DNA from: the human T2T-CHM13v2.0 reference genome, Homo sapiens
NCBI RefSeq assembly: GCF_009914755.1
Contig: NC_060934.1
Direction: 5' to 3' (one strand)
DNA: 64,000 nucleotides
Shown here: one piece after another, positions 1 through 15,030 of the stretch
Layout of the letters: each line of letters opens with the position of its first letter
How positions within the stretch are numbered: position 1 is the first letter of the stretch
The notes under the pieces: generated by a model
What the model saw: the letters and a program-made list of their open reading frames with translations, nothing else
Databases searched by the model: none
What the model was told of the DNA's origin: nothing
Program-made: the position numbers and the translations under genes

Positions 1-859
1 TATTGACACTATTCCACAAGATAGAGAAAGAGAGAATCCTCCCTAAATTATTCTATGAAGCCAGTATCACCCTAACCCCAAAACCTGGAAAGGACATAAC
101 AACAACAAAACTAAAGACCAATATACCTGATGAATATAGATGCAAAAATCCTTAACATAATACTAGCTGAGTCCATCAGCATATCAAAAAGATAATCCAC
201 CATGATCAAATGAGTTTCATACCAGGGATGCAGGGATGGTTTAATATAGTCAAGTCAATAAATGTCATACACCACATAAGCAGAATTAAAAACAAAGATC
301 ACATGATCCTCTCAATAGATGCAGAAAAAAAACATTCAACAAAATCCAGCATCTCTTTATGATTAAAACTCTGAGGAAAATCGGCATACAAGGAACATAC
401 CTCAATATAATAAAAACTATCTATGACAAACCCACAGCCAACATATACTGAATAGGGACAAGTTGAAAGCATTTCTTCTGAGAACTGGAACAAGATAAGA
501 ATGCTCACTCTCACCACTTCTATTCAACATAGTGATGGAAGTCCTAGGCAGAGCAATCAGACAAGAGAAAGAAATAAAGGGCATCCAAATCAGTAAAGAG
601 GAAGTCAAACTGTCGCTGTTTGCTGATGATATGATCGTATGCCTAAAAAGCCTTAAAGCCTTATCCAAAAAGCACCTAGAACTGATAAATTAATTCAGCA
701 AAGTTTCAGGATACAAAATTAATGTACACAAATCAGTAGCACTGCTGTACACTAACAGCAACCAAGCTGGGAATCAAATCAAGAACTCAACCTCTTTTAT
801 AACAGCTGTAAAAAAAAAAAAAAAAAAAAAGAAACTTAGGAATATACCTAACCAAAGAA

Positions 860-1153
860 ATGAAAGACCTTTACAATGAAAACTACAAAACGCTGCTGAA
901 AGAAACCATAGATGACACAAACAAATGGAAACACATCCCATGCTCATGGATGAGTAGAATCAATATTGTGAAAATGACCATACTGCCAAAAGTAATATAC
1001 AAATTCAATGTAATTCCCATTAAAATACCACCATCATTCTTCACAGAACTAGAAAAAGTAATCCTATTGTTCCTATGGAATAAAAAAAGAGCCCACATAG
1101 CCAAAGAAAGACTAAGCAAAAAAGAACAAATCAGGAGGCATCAGATTACCTGA
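860..1153 (+). pseudogene. Decayed L1 ORF2p fragment (post-RT region), non-functional
   Basis: Translation matches L1 ORF2p motifs [11 protein letters not shown] / WKHIPCSW / [12 protein letters not shown]; frame is broken on both sides. Confidence 0.9.
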
Positions 1154-1369
1154 CTTCAAACTAAACTACAAGTGATAGTCACCAAAATAGCATGGTACTG
1201 GTATAAAAATAGGTACATAGGCCAATGGAACAGAATCAAGAACCCAGAAATAAAGCCAAATACTTACAGCCAACTGATCTTTGACAAAGCAAACAAAAAC
1301 ATAAAGTAGGGAAAAAACACCATATTCAACAAATGGTGATGGGATAATAGGCAAGCTGCATGTAGAAGA

Positions 1370-1771
1370 ATGAGACTGGATCCTCATCTTTCACCTTATA
1401 CAAAAATTAACTCAAGGCGGATCAAGGACTTAAATCTAAGATATGAAACCATAAAAATTCTAGAAGATAACATTGGAAAAACCCTTGTAGACATTGGCTT
1501 AGGCAAAGACTTCATGACCAAGAACTCAAAAGCAAATGCAACAAAAACAAGGAGAAAAAGATGGGACTTAAAAAAACTAAAAAGCTTCTGCACAGCAAAA
1601 GAAACAATCAGCAAACAGACAACCCACAGAATGAAAGAAAATCTTCACAATCTATATACATCCAACAAAGGACTAATAGACAGAATCTACAAGGAACTCA
1701 AACAAATTATCAAGAAAAAAACAAACAATCTCATCAAAAAGTGGGCTAAGGACATGAATAGACAATTCTGA
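1370..1771 (+). pseudogene. Decayed L1 ORF2p C-terminal fragment, non-functional
   Basis: [25 protein letters not shown] and [11 protein letters not shown] motifs of ORF2p; premature stop. Confidence 0.9.
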
Positions 1772-2200
1772 AAAGAAGATATACAAATGGCCGACAAACA
1801 TATAAAAAAATGCTTAACATCACTATTATTCAGGGAAATGCAAATCAGAACCACAATGCAATACCACTTCACTCCTGCAAGAATGGCCATAATTAAAAAA
1901 AATCAAAAAATAATAGATATTGGTGTGAATGTGGTGGAAGGGGAACACTTTTATCCTGCTGGTGGGAATGTAACTAGTACAGCCACTATGGAAAACAGTG
2001 TGGAGATTTCTTAAAGAACTAAAAGTAGAACTAACCATTTGATCCAGCAATCCCACTACTGGGTATGTACCCAGAGGAAAAGAAGTTGTTATATGAAAAA
2101 GATGCTTGCACACGCATGTTTATAGCAGCACAATTCACAATTGCAAAAATATGGAATCAGCCCAAATGCCTATCAATCAACAAGTAGATAAAGAAATTGT

Positions 2201-2251
2201 GATATATATATATATATACACACACACATACATATATATATACACACACAC
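2201..2251. repeat. Compound (TA)n/(CA)n microsatellite within L1
   Basis: gatatatatatatatatacacacacacatacatatatatatacacacacac. Confidence 0.9.
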
Positions 2252-4005
2252 CATAGAATACTACTCAGTCATAAAAATGAACAAAATAATGGCATTTACA
2301 GCGACCTGAATTAGAGACCATTATTCTAAGCGAAGTAACTCAGGAATGGAAAACCAAACACTGTATATTCTCACTCATAAGCAGAAGCTAAGCTATGAGG
2401 ATGCAAATGCGTAAGAATGATGCAATAGACTTTGGGGACTCAGGAAAGGGTGGGAGGGGGATGAGGGATAAAAGACTACAAATTGGGTACAGTGTACACT
2501 GCTCAGGTGATGGGTGCACCAAAATCTCAGAAATCACCACTAGAGAACTTATTCATGTAACCAAACACCACTTGTTCCCCAAAATCCTGTGAAAATAAAA
2601 AAATTAAAATTAAAAAATAAAATTGTTCAAAAACAAGCCATCAATTCCAGGGAATTAAATGAGAGGCCAATTTAGGTATAAAATAAATTACTTATCATAA
2701 AACTAGATTGCTCATTTCAGATTTGGAATTTAAATCCCAAAGGCAAAATCATGCAGAAAGCCAAAATTGAGTTGTTGGCCAACAGAAGAGCGAAGTAATA
2801 TAGGAAGTTGGTGGGGAGGACGAGCCTAGAGAAGTTCCTGGGTCCAAAAGCATGTTGCTCATTCTGTTTTTTATACAGGTTACTGGCTGTATTAGAGAGA
2901 TGGTCTGGGCTTTTAAAGGCATAACTGAAAAGGGAATTTCATACTAGTTATGGTTAATGCCAGAGTGCTAGAACTAGTGAAGCCTACTGGGAGAAGGTAT
3001 GTTTTTCTAAAGAAAGAATTTTGGCCTTTAATGTTACAACATTCAAATTTGCATCTAAAACTTTCACTCTGGGCAGGTTAGAAAGTTAAAGATATTGGTC
3101 AAATGATTGGGCAATTCACCTGTTTTCATTAATCTGTGTTTTGATCCCTATGATGTAAACAATATTAGTGGATGGATTCCAGGATTCTTCTGAGAGAGGG
3201 ATATCTTTTTGTTTACAGAAATTATTTGATGAGAGATTAACATAAAAAATGATGATTTGAATGCCTGGATGGCTGTCCCGAAAGCAACAGAGAAAATGGT
3301 TGATAAGAAAATCAAGAGATGCACTTAAGTTTGACTTGTTTTTGTTTTCTCCTGGGAAGATGAATAGTGTTGAAGGATTAAAAAGATGATAGAAAAAAAG
3401 AAATGAGAGAGGCATTATGAAAGAACCCAAGATTGGCTGCTGTAGGATGAGAACAATCACTGGGTACATGTAAATAAGAAATATTATAGAGCGTAGATAT
3501 TTCTAATAAAGAGTTTTAATCTCTCTTTCTGTTTTTGTGCAATATATGTCATAAATCTCATGCAACCCTCATGTGATTGATTTATTTTCAGAGGCCAATG
3601 CTGGTGAAGAAACTGAACATTTTATAACTGGTTAGACATGGTATGGAACAGAGGAAATCCACACTGAAAAAGCTGCTCAGAGGGAGAAGAGAAGAGTAAG
3701 TTTAATGATCATATGCAGAATTTGAGGGCTGTCAGGCTACCCTTTGATGTGACATTCAGCTGGGATACGTGGGTTATTAAAGTTAACTTGATTGTAACAA
3801 TAACTGATAAAAGCTGCTGTATCCTCATTCATAGGTAGATTATGTTTATAAAGAACAGTACCTGATACTACTAGATCAGTTTAAACATAGTTTTGCTATT
3901 GTTAAGAGACCAAAGAATTGCTACATTTTGATTGGTTGAATGCACTCGAGGTTTAATGGGTCCATGACAAGTGACACATAGTTACCTGACTACAGTATCA
4001 ATTCA

Positions 4006-4337
<332 letters not shown>

Positions 4338-4780
4338 CTATCATTAGTTTCCTACAAGAAAAATGCCCCCAAGAAAAAGGGCTGAAAATATGTCTATTTA
4401 TATCAGGTAGATTACACAGATTATGTTATAAAAATGGAGCAGAAATGAGTTCATTGCCAAATGCTTATCATTCTCATATTATGCCAAGAACATATTGATT
4501 ATAGTCTAGTGTTAGGCTGATGGCCTATCAAAGTTTCTAGTATAATTCGAACCCTAGTCTGTGACTTATCTTCCATAAACCCAAATTCCTTTTGTCTTTG
4601 CTAGATTTTATAAACATAATTTAGCCATGATATTCTTTGTCTTTGTAAATGGACACCATGCAAAGTCCCAAAACTTCTCAAATATCTTAAACTGAAATAA
4701 TGAATGTACACATTATTATTGTTCATTATTATTGTTGTTTTTGTTACTATTTCTTTTTCTCTTTTTTTAAATTAATTAAA

Positions 4781-5073
4781 TTTTTTTTTTTTTTTGAGAT
4801 CGAGTCTCACTCTGTTGTCCAGGCTGGAGTGCAATGACGCAATCTTGGCTCACTGCAACCTCTGCCTCGCAGGTTCAGGCGATTCCTCTGCCTCAGCCTC
4901 CTGAGTAGCTGGGATTACAGGTGCGCACCCATGCCTGGCTAATTTTTGTACTTTTAGTAGAGACGGGGTTTTACCGTGTTGGTCAGGCTGGTCTCAAACT
5001 CCTGACCTCGTGACCTTCCCGCCTCGGCCTCCCAAAGTGCTGGGATTACAGGTGTAAGCCACTGCACCCAGCC
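4781..5073 (-). mobile_element. Alu (AluS), full length
   Basis: Poly-T then reverse-complement Alu ending actgcacccagcc; ttactatttct on both flanks. Confidence 0.93.
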
Positions 5074-5447
5074 TACTATTACTATTTCTAAGCAGCCTCC
5101 TATATGATGTTAAGCTGTGTCCAAATAGCTTAATTATCAAGGCTAAGAACAGAGACAAACTTTTGTTTCCAAACATTTATTGATCAAGAATAAAGTACTT
5201 TAAACAAATAAATAGCTTGCCTGCAAAATAACTTACCTGAACAAACAGTTTGCTCACTGGGGCAAACAACTTACTTTCCACAGAATAGTTTACTTACAAA
5301 GATTTTTTTTCAGGTCCACCAATCAAACAATGATATTATAAATGCTGCCCAGTTATAATCAATTTCTCTCTTCTAAAGACTTGCCTTAAATCCCTGAAAC
5401 TCAGATACGAAACTCTCTCTATATATCATCTCCTTAACCTTCTAAGA

Positions 5448-5774
5448 AAGAGGTTCCCAACCTTTGTGACGCCAGGGACCGGTTTCATGGAAGACAATTT
5501 TTCCACAGATTGGGGGTTGGAGGAGATGGTTTGGGGATGAAACTGTCCCACTTCAGATCATCAAACATTAAATTCTCATAAGGAGCACACAACCTAGATC
5601 CCTTGCGTGCAGTTTACAATAGGGTTCTCCCTCCTATGAGAATCTAATGCTGCCGCTGATCTGACAGGAGGTGGAGCTCAGGTGGTATTGCTAACTCGCC
5701 TGCTGCTCACCTCCTGCCATGCAGCCCAATTCCAAACAGGTACTGGTCTGTGGCCCAGGGGTTGGGGACCCCTA
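5448..5774 (-). mobile_element. MER1B-like hAT-Charlie non-autonomous DNA transposon
   Basis: Terminal inverted repeats (agaggttcccaacc ... ggttggggacccct); internal MER1 motifs (tatgagaatctaatgc, ctgatctgacaggagg); 8-bp TSD-like ttctaaga / ttcttaaa. Confidence 0.88.
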
Positions 5775-5889
5775 TTCTTAAACATTAAGACTCTGTCAAG
5801 GTAGTTTTCTTACCTAGACCTAGCTTTGATTCATCAACGGTTTTTCTGGTGGTCTTTTTGTCTTTTTGGGGAGTTGAGTCATCAAATTT

Positions 5890-6378
<489 letters not shown>

Positions 6379-7496
6379 TAGGTTTGCATTTTTATAATGA
6401 TAACAATTTTTCCTCCATTGAAAATCACAGTAGCTATAAATGATATTAAACTATTTCTTAACTTCTTTTACTTTAATCTGTTTGTTTAAACCAGGTGTGG
6501 AAACTTGCTAGGTACAGTTTCCTCAAGTAGGTGATGGAATTAAAAAGGAATAAAAAACTAAAGAATAAACTATCATTCCTTATGGGATATGCCCCAGGAA
6601 AGAAGTGTAGATATTTCTTGGACAGTACTATACCTAAGGAAATCTAAAATAATGAAATTTGTTGGATATCAACAACGTCCAGAACATCAAAGAATAGAGT
6701 GAGAAAAAAACAAGTGATAATCAGTCAGGGGATATATGTTACTCTTTCCATGGTAAAATCCATCTATAAAATTAACTCAGCATTACCTTTCTATTGAACT
6801 ATTAAAATATCATCATGTTTTTATTATTGCATTAAAACTCTTTTTATTCACAAGTTTATAGGACAAACTTGACACAACCATAAAGCTTACATAAACAGGT
6901 GAGATCCAGTCTAAATTTGGATATCTTAAACCTAGAGGCCAGTTTTTTTGCTTGAGTATGTGTTGTCACACTTGTCCAAGTTAAAACTTTCTTCCAGATT
7001 GTGAGGAATGTGTAGCAGACAACTTGTTAAACAGAAGTTATTTTACCTGTTAACTTCAAATTCAAAATAGAAAAATGATTCATAAACCTCTTATGCTGAC
7101 CAATAGAGCAAACATCATTATTCCATAGTTGCACTACTAAATTTACTACTGAATGCACCATACAAATTTCCATAGAAGCCCTTGGTTTTCTTTTATTTAA
7201 AATTTTTATTGCAAGTCGTGTGGGAAACTGCAGAGTTCTATAAAACAAGTTACCTCAGTTTCAATTTAAACTAAATTTCTATCTTTAAAGTGATAGGAAA
7301 TGTTTTCATTTGCTGGAGCTCTGACTTCTACCATTTTATGAATCCTATTTATTTAATTGCCCAAGGATCAAGTGGTGTTTTCATTGATACAGCACAGCAA
7401 CAGCCACAGGGGACTGACTTTTCTATTCTTTAATTTAGTTGAAAACAAACAGACAAATACAATCTTTTTGGAGGAGGGCAGTTAAAACTTGTTTAC

Positions 7497-7777
7497 AGCT
7501 GGGCGTGGTGGCTCACACCTGTAATCCCAACACTTTGGGAGGCCGAGACGGGCCGATCACTTGAGGTCAGGAGTTCCAGACGAGTATGGCGAAACCCCGT
7601 CTCTACTAAAAATACAAAAATTAGCCAGGTGTGGTGGTGTATGCCTGTAATCCCAGCTACTGGGGAGGTTGAGTTAGGAGAATTTCTTGAACCTGGGAGG
7701 TGGAGGTTGCGGTGAGCCAAGATCACACCAATGCACTCCAGCCTGGGCAACAGGGCAAGACTCTGTCCAAAAAAAAA
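7497..7777 (+). mobile_element. Alu (AluS) with small internal deletion in the left arm
   Basis: Dimeric Alu; lacks the ctggccaac segment near 7580. Confidence 0.92.
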
Positions 7778-8539
7778 GTCTTATTTTCTTCATCCTTTTA
7801 AAAATTTCCATCATCTGTACAATCGACTTTCTTGTACAGAGCCACCTGTTTGGGGGAAAATAACCAAGACCCTTGTCGTTTCATAATAATTTTATGAGGG
7901 TAAATATAAAGTGCATGTAAGTCGCACTGAAATTTTTGTTTTTGCATAATCAGATAATTTCACTCAGTATTTATCAAACTCTGATATGTGTGTTGTGATC
8001 ATCTCAATAAATTATATGTTGTCACTATAATCATCATTAAATAAATAATGGATAGAATATATCACCATAAGTAAATAGATCATACATAGCAACATTAACT
8101 AATGTTTACTTCATTATCATCTCTCATGTGCGTCAAGGAAGAGAATCTTGGAAATAAATTTTGTAGAATCTCCTTCCATGCCTTCTACCTGATTTATAGC
8201 CTTCAACTGAGAAGTACTCAGGTAAGATTTGGAAAGCAGAATAGATGAAGCCATTGTTTTCTATTGACAATTCAGATGAACTCACTCACAAGCAATATTG
8301 AACTCTCTCAAGAGCTCACCTCCTTTGAGCATGCAAACAATTAAAATCTGCAGCGGTGGTGGTCTCCATGTGAAGTTCTCCTAGAGAATGTATCCTAGTC
8401 TCTAGACTGTTGAAACCAATTTAATTCTGTCTGGGAGTTGAGACTGCCACCAATGTCTTCCTCTAAAATGCTAAGACTCACGACAACTTCCAAATGAACT
8501 CCAGTGAATCACAACTTCTGGAAGCTTTTCTTTCCTTTA

Positions 8540-8790
8540 TTTCATCAGCACTTCCAAAGCTATGCGTAAATCTAATATTATGATTTTTCTGCTGAAAACC
8601 CTCCAATAGCTCTCTAGTGTCCTTATGATATAGAGCTAAATCCTTTTGTGATTTGCGATATCCTGCACTATCAACCTTAACCTCTTCCCAGCATGTTCTA
8701 CTCTTTGTAGCCACTGGCCCTTTCATTGTTTTTCCAAAACTCTAACACTTCATGTTTAGGTTTGTAATTTCTTCTCAGAGATATCTCATG
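8540..8790 (+). mobile_element. L2 fragment
   Basis: Degenerate L2 3' region (ctgaaaaccctccaatagctct...agccactggccctttc). Confidence 0.5.
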
Positions 8791-9289
8791 TTAACATTGG
8801 GAATGGAGAAGTCGGTGCTATTTCTCTAATATCAAATAATGACTAATTCTGCCAGAAGCATAAATTCATAAATTTCCCTGTGCCCACAAAAAACATCTAA
8901 AGGCCTGACTAAAATTAGTCAAAGAGGTTACAACAATGCATAAAAACTATTACTTTCATTTTCTGAAAACAAGTTTTAATTGTAAACAGTTTACAACACT
9001 TCAATTGGGCTTATCACACCTTCACAAATTCAAGACTCTTGATGGTGAATGATTTCTAGAATGAAATTAACACTGACATTGAAGGAATCTTAAGTAGAGG
9101 GTAGAAAAAGTAAATATGAGAAAAATAAATGTAAGAATATAAAAGTAATTTCAGTGACTATGTTGATAAATCTCTGTCTCTCTGGTATCAAACCCCTGTT
9201 GTCCTTTATTTTGGTTTCTAGATATGGGTTCTAGATGCAAAGAATAGTACAAAGAGATATCTATTTATTATATTTTTGTATTTTTATTA

Positions 9290-10570
<1,281 letters not shown>

Positions 10571-10879
10571 ATAGTTATTTAATATTTAGAAATTTGTAAA
10601 ATATTAATTTAAAAAATATTTAACCTTCAGATTAATTTATATGAATTTGTAATAGTGGAGAAAATACACTTTCTTTACAAATGCAGGAAAATTTATAAAG
10701 GGAATTATATTTAGACCCCTGGAGCCATCTAGAAGGTCATAACTTGGAACAAAACAACATGGTTAAAAAGATAATGCAGACAATGAATTATTACAGGCTA
10801 AACACAGAGTAGTGGACAGTGAAAACAGTTACTAGTATTAAAAACCAAAGAAAATGTTTCGGTGCCAAAACGTATAACA

Positions 10880-11410
10880 TTTTGATTAAGAACATGAACT
10901 CTAGAGTCAGACTCCTCACATTTCAAATATAGGCTGTATCACTTACAAGCAGAATAATTTCATACAACTTTTGTACCTCATTTCCTCATTTGAAAAATGA
11001 ACATGATAATAATGGGACCCAAACTTATAGGATTTTTAAGAGGATGTAATGTGTATTGTATATGATTGTGTATGTGACTTTGTATAAGTAAATGATTTCA
11101 CATAGGTGTGTGATTTTGTATGTACTTGTGATTGTACATGTGTGTGTGATTGTGTATGTACATGTTATTGTGTATGTGATCATGTGAATACATATATATT
11201 TGAGCATGTATATGTTTTCCTGCCCATGTTTATGAGTATGTGATTGAGTCGAAGTATGTGATTATAATTGTGAATGTGATTATGAATATATGTTTATGAG
11301 AGTATGTGCATGTGTATGTAATATACTTACATATGTGCATGTGAGGATATGAGTCTGTGTAAAGTACTCAGAATGCTTGCCACATAGTAGGTGCTCCCTG
11401 TAAGCTAATT
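10880..11410 (+). mobile_element. MIR split by a TG-rich simple repeat
   Basis: MIR 5' end and core (aagaacatgaactctagagtcagac...cctcatttcctcatttgaaaaatg) up to about 11045; MIR 3' end resumes at about 11341 (tgtaaagtactcagaa...cacatagtaggtgctc). Confidence 0.75.
11046..11342. repeat. Degenerate TG/TA-rich simple repeat (tgtgattgtgtatg-like units)
   Basis: About 300 bp composed almost entirely of tgtg/tatg/gatt words. Confidence 0.85.
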
Positions 11411-11769
11411 GTAGCTAAAAAAGGTAATTGCATTGAAAGGGAGGGAAGACATGGAGGGAAAACAGGCTGAGAATATTTTAACAACAGAATGACTTTGAGT
11501 AAAATTAGCACACTTTTGTTTGTGTTCAGAGGGGTGAAGACTGGTTTGGACAATTAGTGGGGAGGAACATTTAAAAGCTACTAAAATGAAAGCAAAGAGG
11601 CACAAGGTATCCATATTACCCTGTGAAAAACTAATTTACTAAAAAATACAGTATTTTCATATGGTTCTTTTTGTCTTGTCTTTTAGTATATAGTAAAAAT
11701 GCCATTTTCAAGGTTACTTCGGTAGGTTCTACATCCTTCAGTGGGGTTGTGTCATTTATTTGTAATACC

Positions 11770-11960
11770 ATTACATTCATTTGTAAGTGAAATCCAGAAG
11801 AAGAAGAAAGAAACAGGACAGCAAAACACATTTTAAAAGATATTGGTTGAAAGTTTTCAAAATTAATGACACATACCAAACCAGAAGAAAGACACTTAGA
11901 TCACCAAAGTAGTATAAATACCAAACAAAAGTAAAAATGAAATAACCTCTGAACTCAATA
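11770..11960 (+). mobile_element. Old L1 ORF1-region remnant
   Basis: ccagaagaagaagaaaga...gatattggttgaaagttttcaaaattaatga resembles old L1M ORF1. Confidence 0.45.
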
Positions 11961-12401
11961 TAAAGTACAATGAACATTTCTAATATCTTTGTCAATCAGG
12001 GGCTCTGGTGGAGTCTTGAAACTAGAAAGAGGAATTGTTAAATAAAGAAATTTTATTCTCATTTTTAGCCATTTTATATCAACCAGTTAAATGGGATATT
12101 AAGCTTTCTATACAATGAAGGAAGAGGAAATTTCATATAAGCACACTCCCTCTCTTCTCAGAGGCCAGCATTTGAAATCTTTTGCATCTACTTGCAAAAT
12201 GTAGACATATACAATGTGTACATCCCCCCTCCTCTAGCTTCCCATCTTCTGAGATTCCCTTTTGCCTTTACTTCTCATCCTACACACTTAAAACCACTTA
12301 CTTAACATTTTGCCTTTATGTAGTAAATATTTGGCATCTCTGCTTATAAGCTTTGTCTCATTTGTGACTTCCTCAGTTACTCCTATAGATAACATTACTA
12401 T

Positions 12402-12775
12402 TGTAAAACATAAGATTTGATTTGATTTGTTTTACAGACTGACCTTACCCAGATTCATGACTAATGACTCAACAGGTCCTGTGGCCTCACTCAGCAGCTG
12501 ACTCAAAACACAAGGACTGTTTTTCACACCCCTGTGATTTTATCTCCAATGAATCAGCAAGCACTCATTACCTGGCCCTTGCCCTGCCCACCAAATTGTC
12601 TATATGAACCCTAACCTTTGAGCCTTTGAGAAGATTGATTTGAGTGATCACTGCCATTCTCCTGTGTGGCCAGCCTCAGGTTAATTAAACTCTTTCTCTA
12701 CTGCAATGGCATGGTCTCTGTGAACCAATTTTGTCTGCACAGTGAGCAGGAAAAACCTGTGGGAGGATGATTATA
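12402..12775 (+). mobile_element. ERV1 LTR remnant (LTR8/MER4-group-like)
   Basis: 3' LTR motifs gatttgagtgat...aattaaactctttctctactgcaat...gcaggaaaaacctgtgggaggatgattata. Confidence 0.7.
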
Positions 12776-14854
12776 GTACTTTTCACGGAATCTGAAGCCC
12801 TCCTGCCTCCTAGCTTTCAAGTACAACCCTTGCCTTCCATACTGTTCTTCAGATTTTGTTTTGCAGAGTCTTCTTGTGAGACATGTAGAAACAATGAATT
12901 TTTGAATCTGCCACATGATTACACCATTCAAGCAAATTCTGATCACCTTCTCTTGCATTAGTACTTGATTTTGTTTTTTTTTTCTCCATCTCCCTGTGCT
13001 TTATTTATAATTGATTTAAATTCCCTAGGCCATACCCTTATAGAAACTCTATTACTTTAAGGCATATTTAATAAGTATAAAAATATTACACCCTGATCTT
13101 CCAGGTCTTCTTCATTCAAATTTGTTCACATGTTGAACCATCTTGTAGCAGAATTCATCATTATAAGCTGTTTCTCAATTGCTTTTATAATTAATTCCTG
13201 ATTTACAGCTTTGAGAGAACTCCTTGTATAGATCTTGGGGTCTTAGCTCCTCTGGAGGCATTAATTAATTTGGTACCTGAGTTCCTCTCTTTTATATTTT
13301 GTTAGATTTTTTTAACATCTAGTGGCTAATTGACCAATAATAGCTCAATTATCTCCTCTTCTTACTTCTACTTCTTAGTTCCACTTTTGTGTATAAAGTA
13401 GATCTCCTTTTTTATTGTATAGACAGACAGATGATAGAAAGATAGATAAATAGCCAGTCTGATCTTTAAGATCTGATCTTTCTCAAGAAGTCACTTCCTT
13501 CCATCTGGCAACATGTGTCCCATTTTACTTTTCTTTCATTTTTCCATGTTCAAAATTAGACTGAAGATAATTTTGAACTGTAACTGTTACCATTCACTCT
13601 CCTCTAAACACATATGATACCTAGAAGATCTAGGTTTAAGTCTTTTTAATTTTCTCCCCAGACTTTGTTATTACAGAATTACATAAAAATATTTTTCCAC
13701 CTCAATCCAAGAAAATGACATATTTCCATATAAGGATCCCCACTCATTTTTGTCTGCTTGTCAGTGAGATTAACTAATTCAGTATAATTAACCTACAGCC
13801 CAGGTCTATAGACTATAATCAGAGTTTATGAAATAAACAATAAAATTTAGACTATGTGTGATTGGGGATGATTGCCTGCATCCTGGTAAGGACATAATAA
13901 AAGGGAAGAGTACAAAACAAACAAAAAAAAGATCTCTTCCAGTCAACTATGCTGAAAAAGACAAGTTGCCAATTATGCTTTAAAAAGCATAGTGAAGTTG
14001 TTTTGAGGTAAGACTTACCTAGAAATTAACAACAACAACAACAACAAAATATTATGACAATATGGCATCTAGAATATCCAGGTCTATAATTACATCTGTG
14101 GTCACAGTATGAGAAGCTACCAAATGTGCCACCTGTGTCTCACCTGGCCAGTTTCAGCAGATGTACCCAAAGCTTGATTTCCTGTACAGTACTTCAATCA
14201 AACCCATCCAGTATCTGTTCTTATTTATAAGGATTTCTTGCCAATTCCTTAACAGTTTGCCGTGGTGAGAGGAGGTATAAAAGTCATTCTAAGAATTATT
14301 TATGCCTTGCTTGGGTTTATAACCAATGAAGAGTAGACCCAAGCAACTGGGCCTGGCTGGATATGAATTGAGGATTCATGTGTTAGTATTACTAACTGGC
14401 CAGGCAGTTTCCTAATAGTTCACTACTCTGAAAGAATAAGGCCCTCTAATAAAGTTAAATTGGAGAATGCAGCTTAGCTCAATGATCAAAGTGGGGGCCA
14501 CATTTAGAACTCCTTACATTTAGAACTGCATGACCATTGGTGGAAAGAACTGAGTCTACAGAGATATTATAGCTAATGACATAGAAGATTAGACATAGAC
14601 CTTTTTCAAGTTCATGACTGCTGGCAGGAGAGGGAACACAAAGGAGAAAAAGATGGGCACACACTGTCTTCTTAATGTAGTGACCCCCCAACTCCTAGTG
14701 TAAATATAAGATGTTCAATAATAAGAGTAAATATATTTCCCAGAGGAGAAGACTGAATTAATTAGATGCAAAGAGAGACTAAAAGTGGTTAATTCCTGAA
14801 ACCTGTTCTTGTGAAGAAAGAAAAATCGCATTTCTTTTTTCTATTAATTAACGT

Positions 14855-15030
14855 ATTTTATTTATTTATTTATTTATTTTAGAGACCTGGTCTCGCTCTG
14901 TTGCTTAGGTTGGAGCACAGTGGGGCTTAATCATAGCCCACCGGGCTTAAGTGATCCTTCCACCTCAAAGTCTCAAGTAGCTGAGGCTACAGGTGTACAT
15001 CACTATGCTTGGCTATTTTTTTTCTATAGA
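14855..15030 (-). mobile_element. Old Alu right arm (AluJ/FRAM-like) with (TTTA)n tail
   Basis: gagacctggtctcgctctgttgc...gcttaagtgatccttccacctc...gtagctgaggctacagg. Confidence 0.8.

Larger units (their letters stand above)
1..2620 (+). mobile_element. LINE-1 (L1PB-like), 3' part of ORF2 plus 3' UTR and A-rich tail; continues off the left edge
   Basis: ORF2-like peptides ([15 protein letters not shown]...KWKHIPCSW; [14 protein letters not shown]) broken by stops and frameshifts; L1PB-type 3' end (ggtgatgggtgcaccaaaatctcagaaatcaccact...) followed by an A-rich tail at about 2593-2620. Confidence 0.95.

Noticed and set aside
810-833. Internal poly-A run in the L1 as an element end
   Set aside because: L1 ORF2 sequence is collinear on both sides; it is an expanded A-run
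5105-5870. Possible old LTR hosting the MER1B
   Set aside because: LTR-like composition, but I could not fix the termini, TSD or family from sequence alone
11025-11207. Thr/Ile/Tyr-rich repetitive ORF
   Set aside because: Translation of the TG-rich simple repeat
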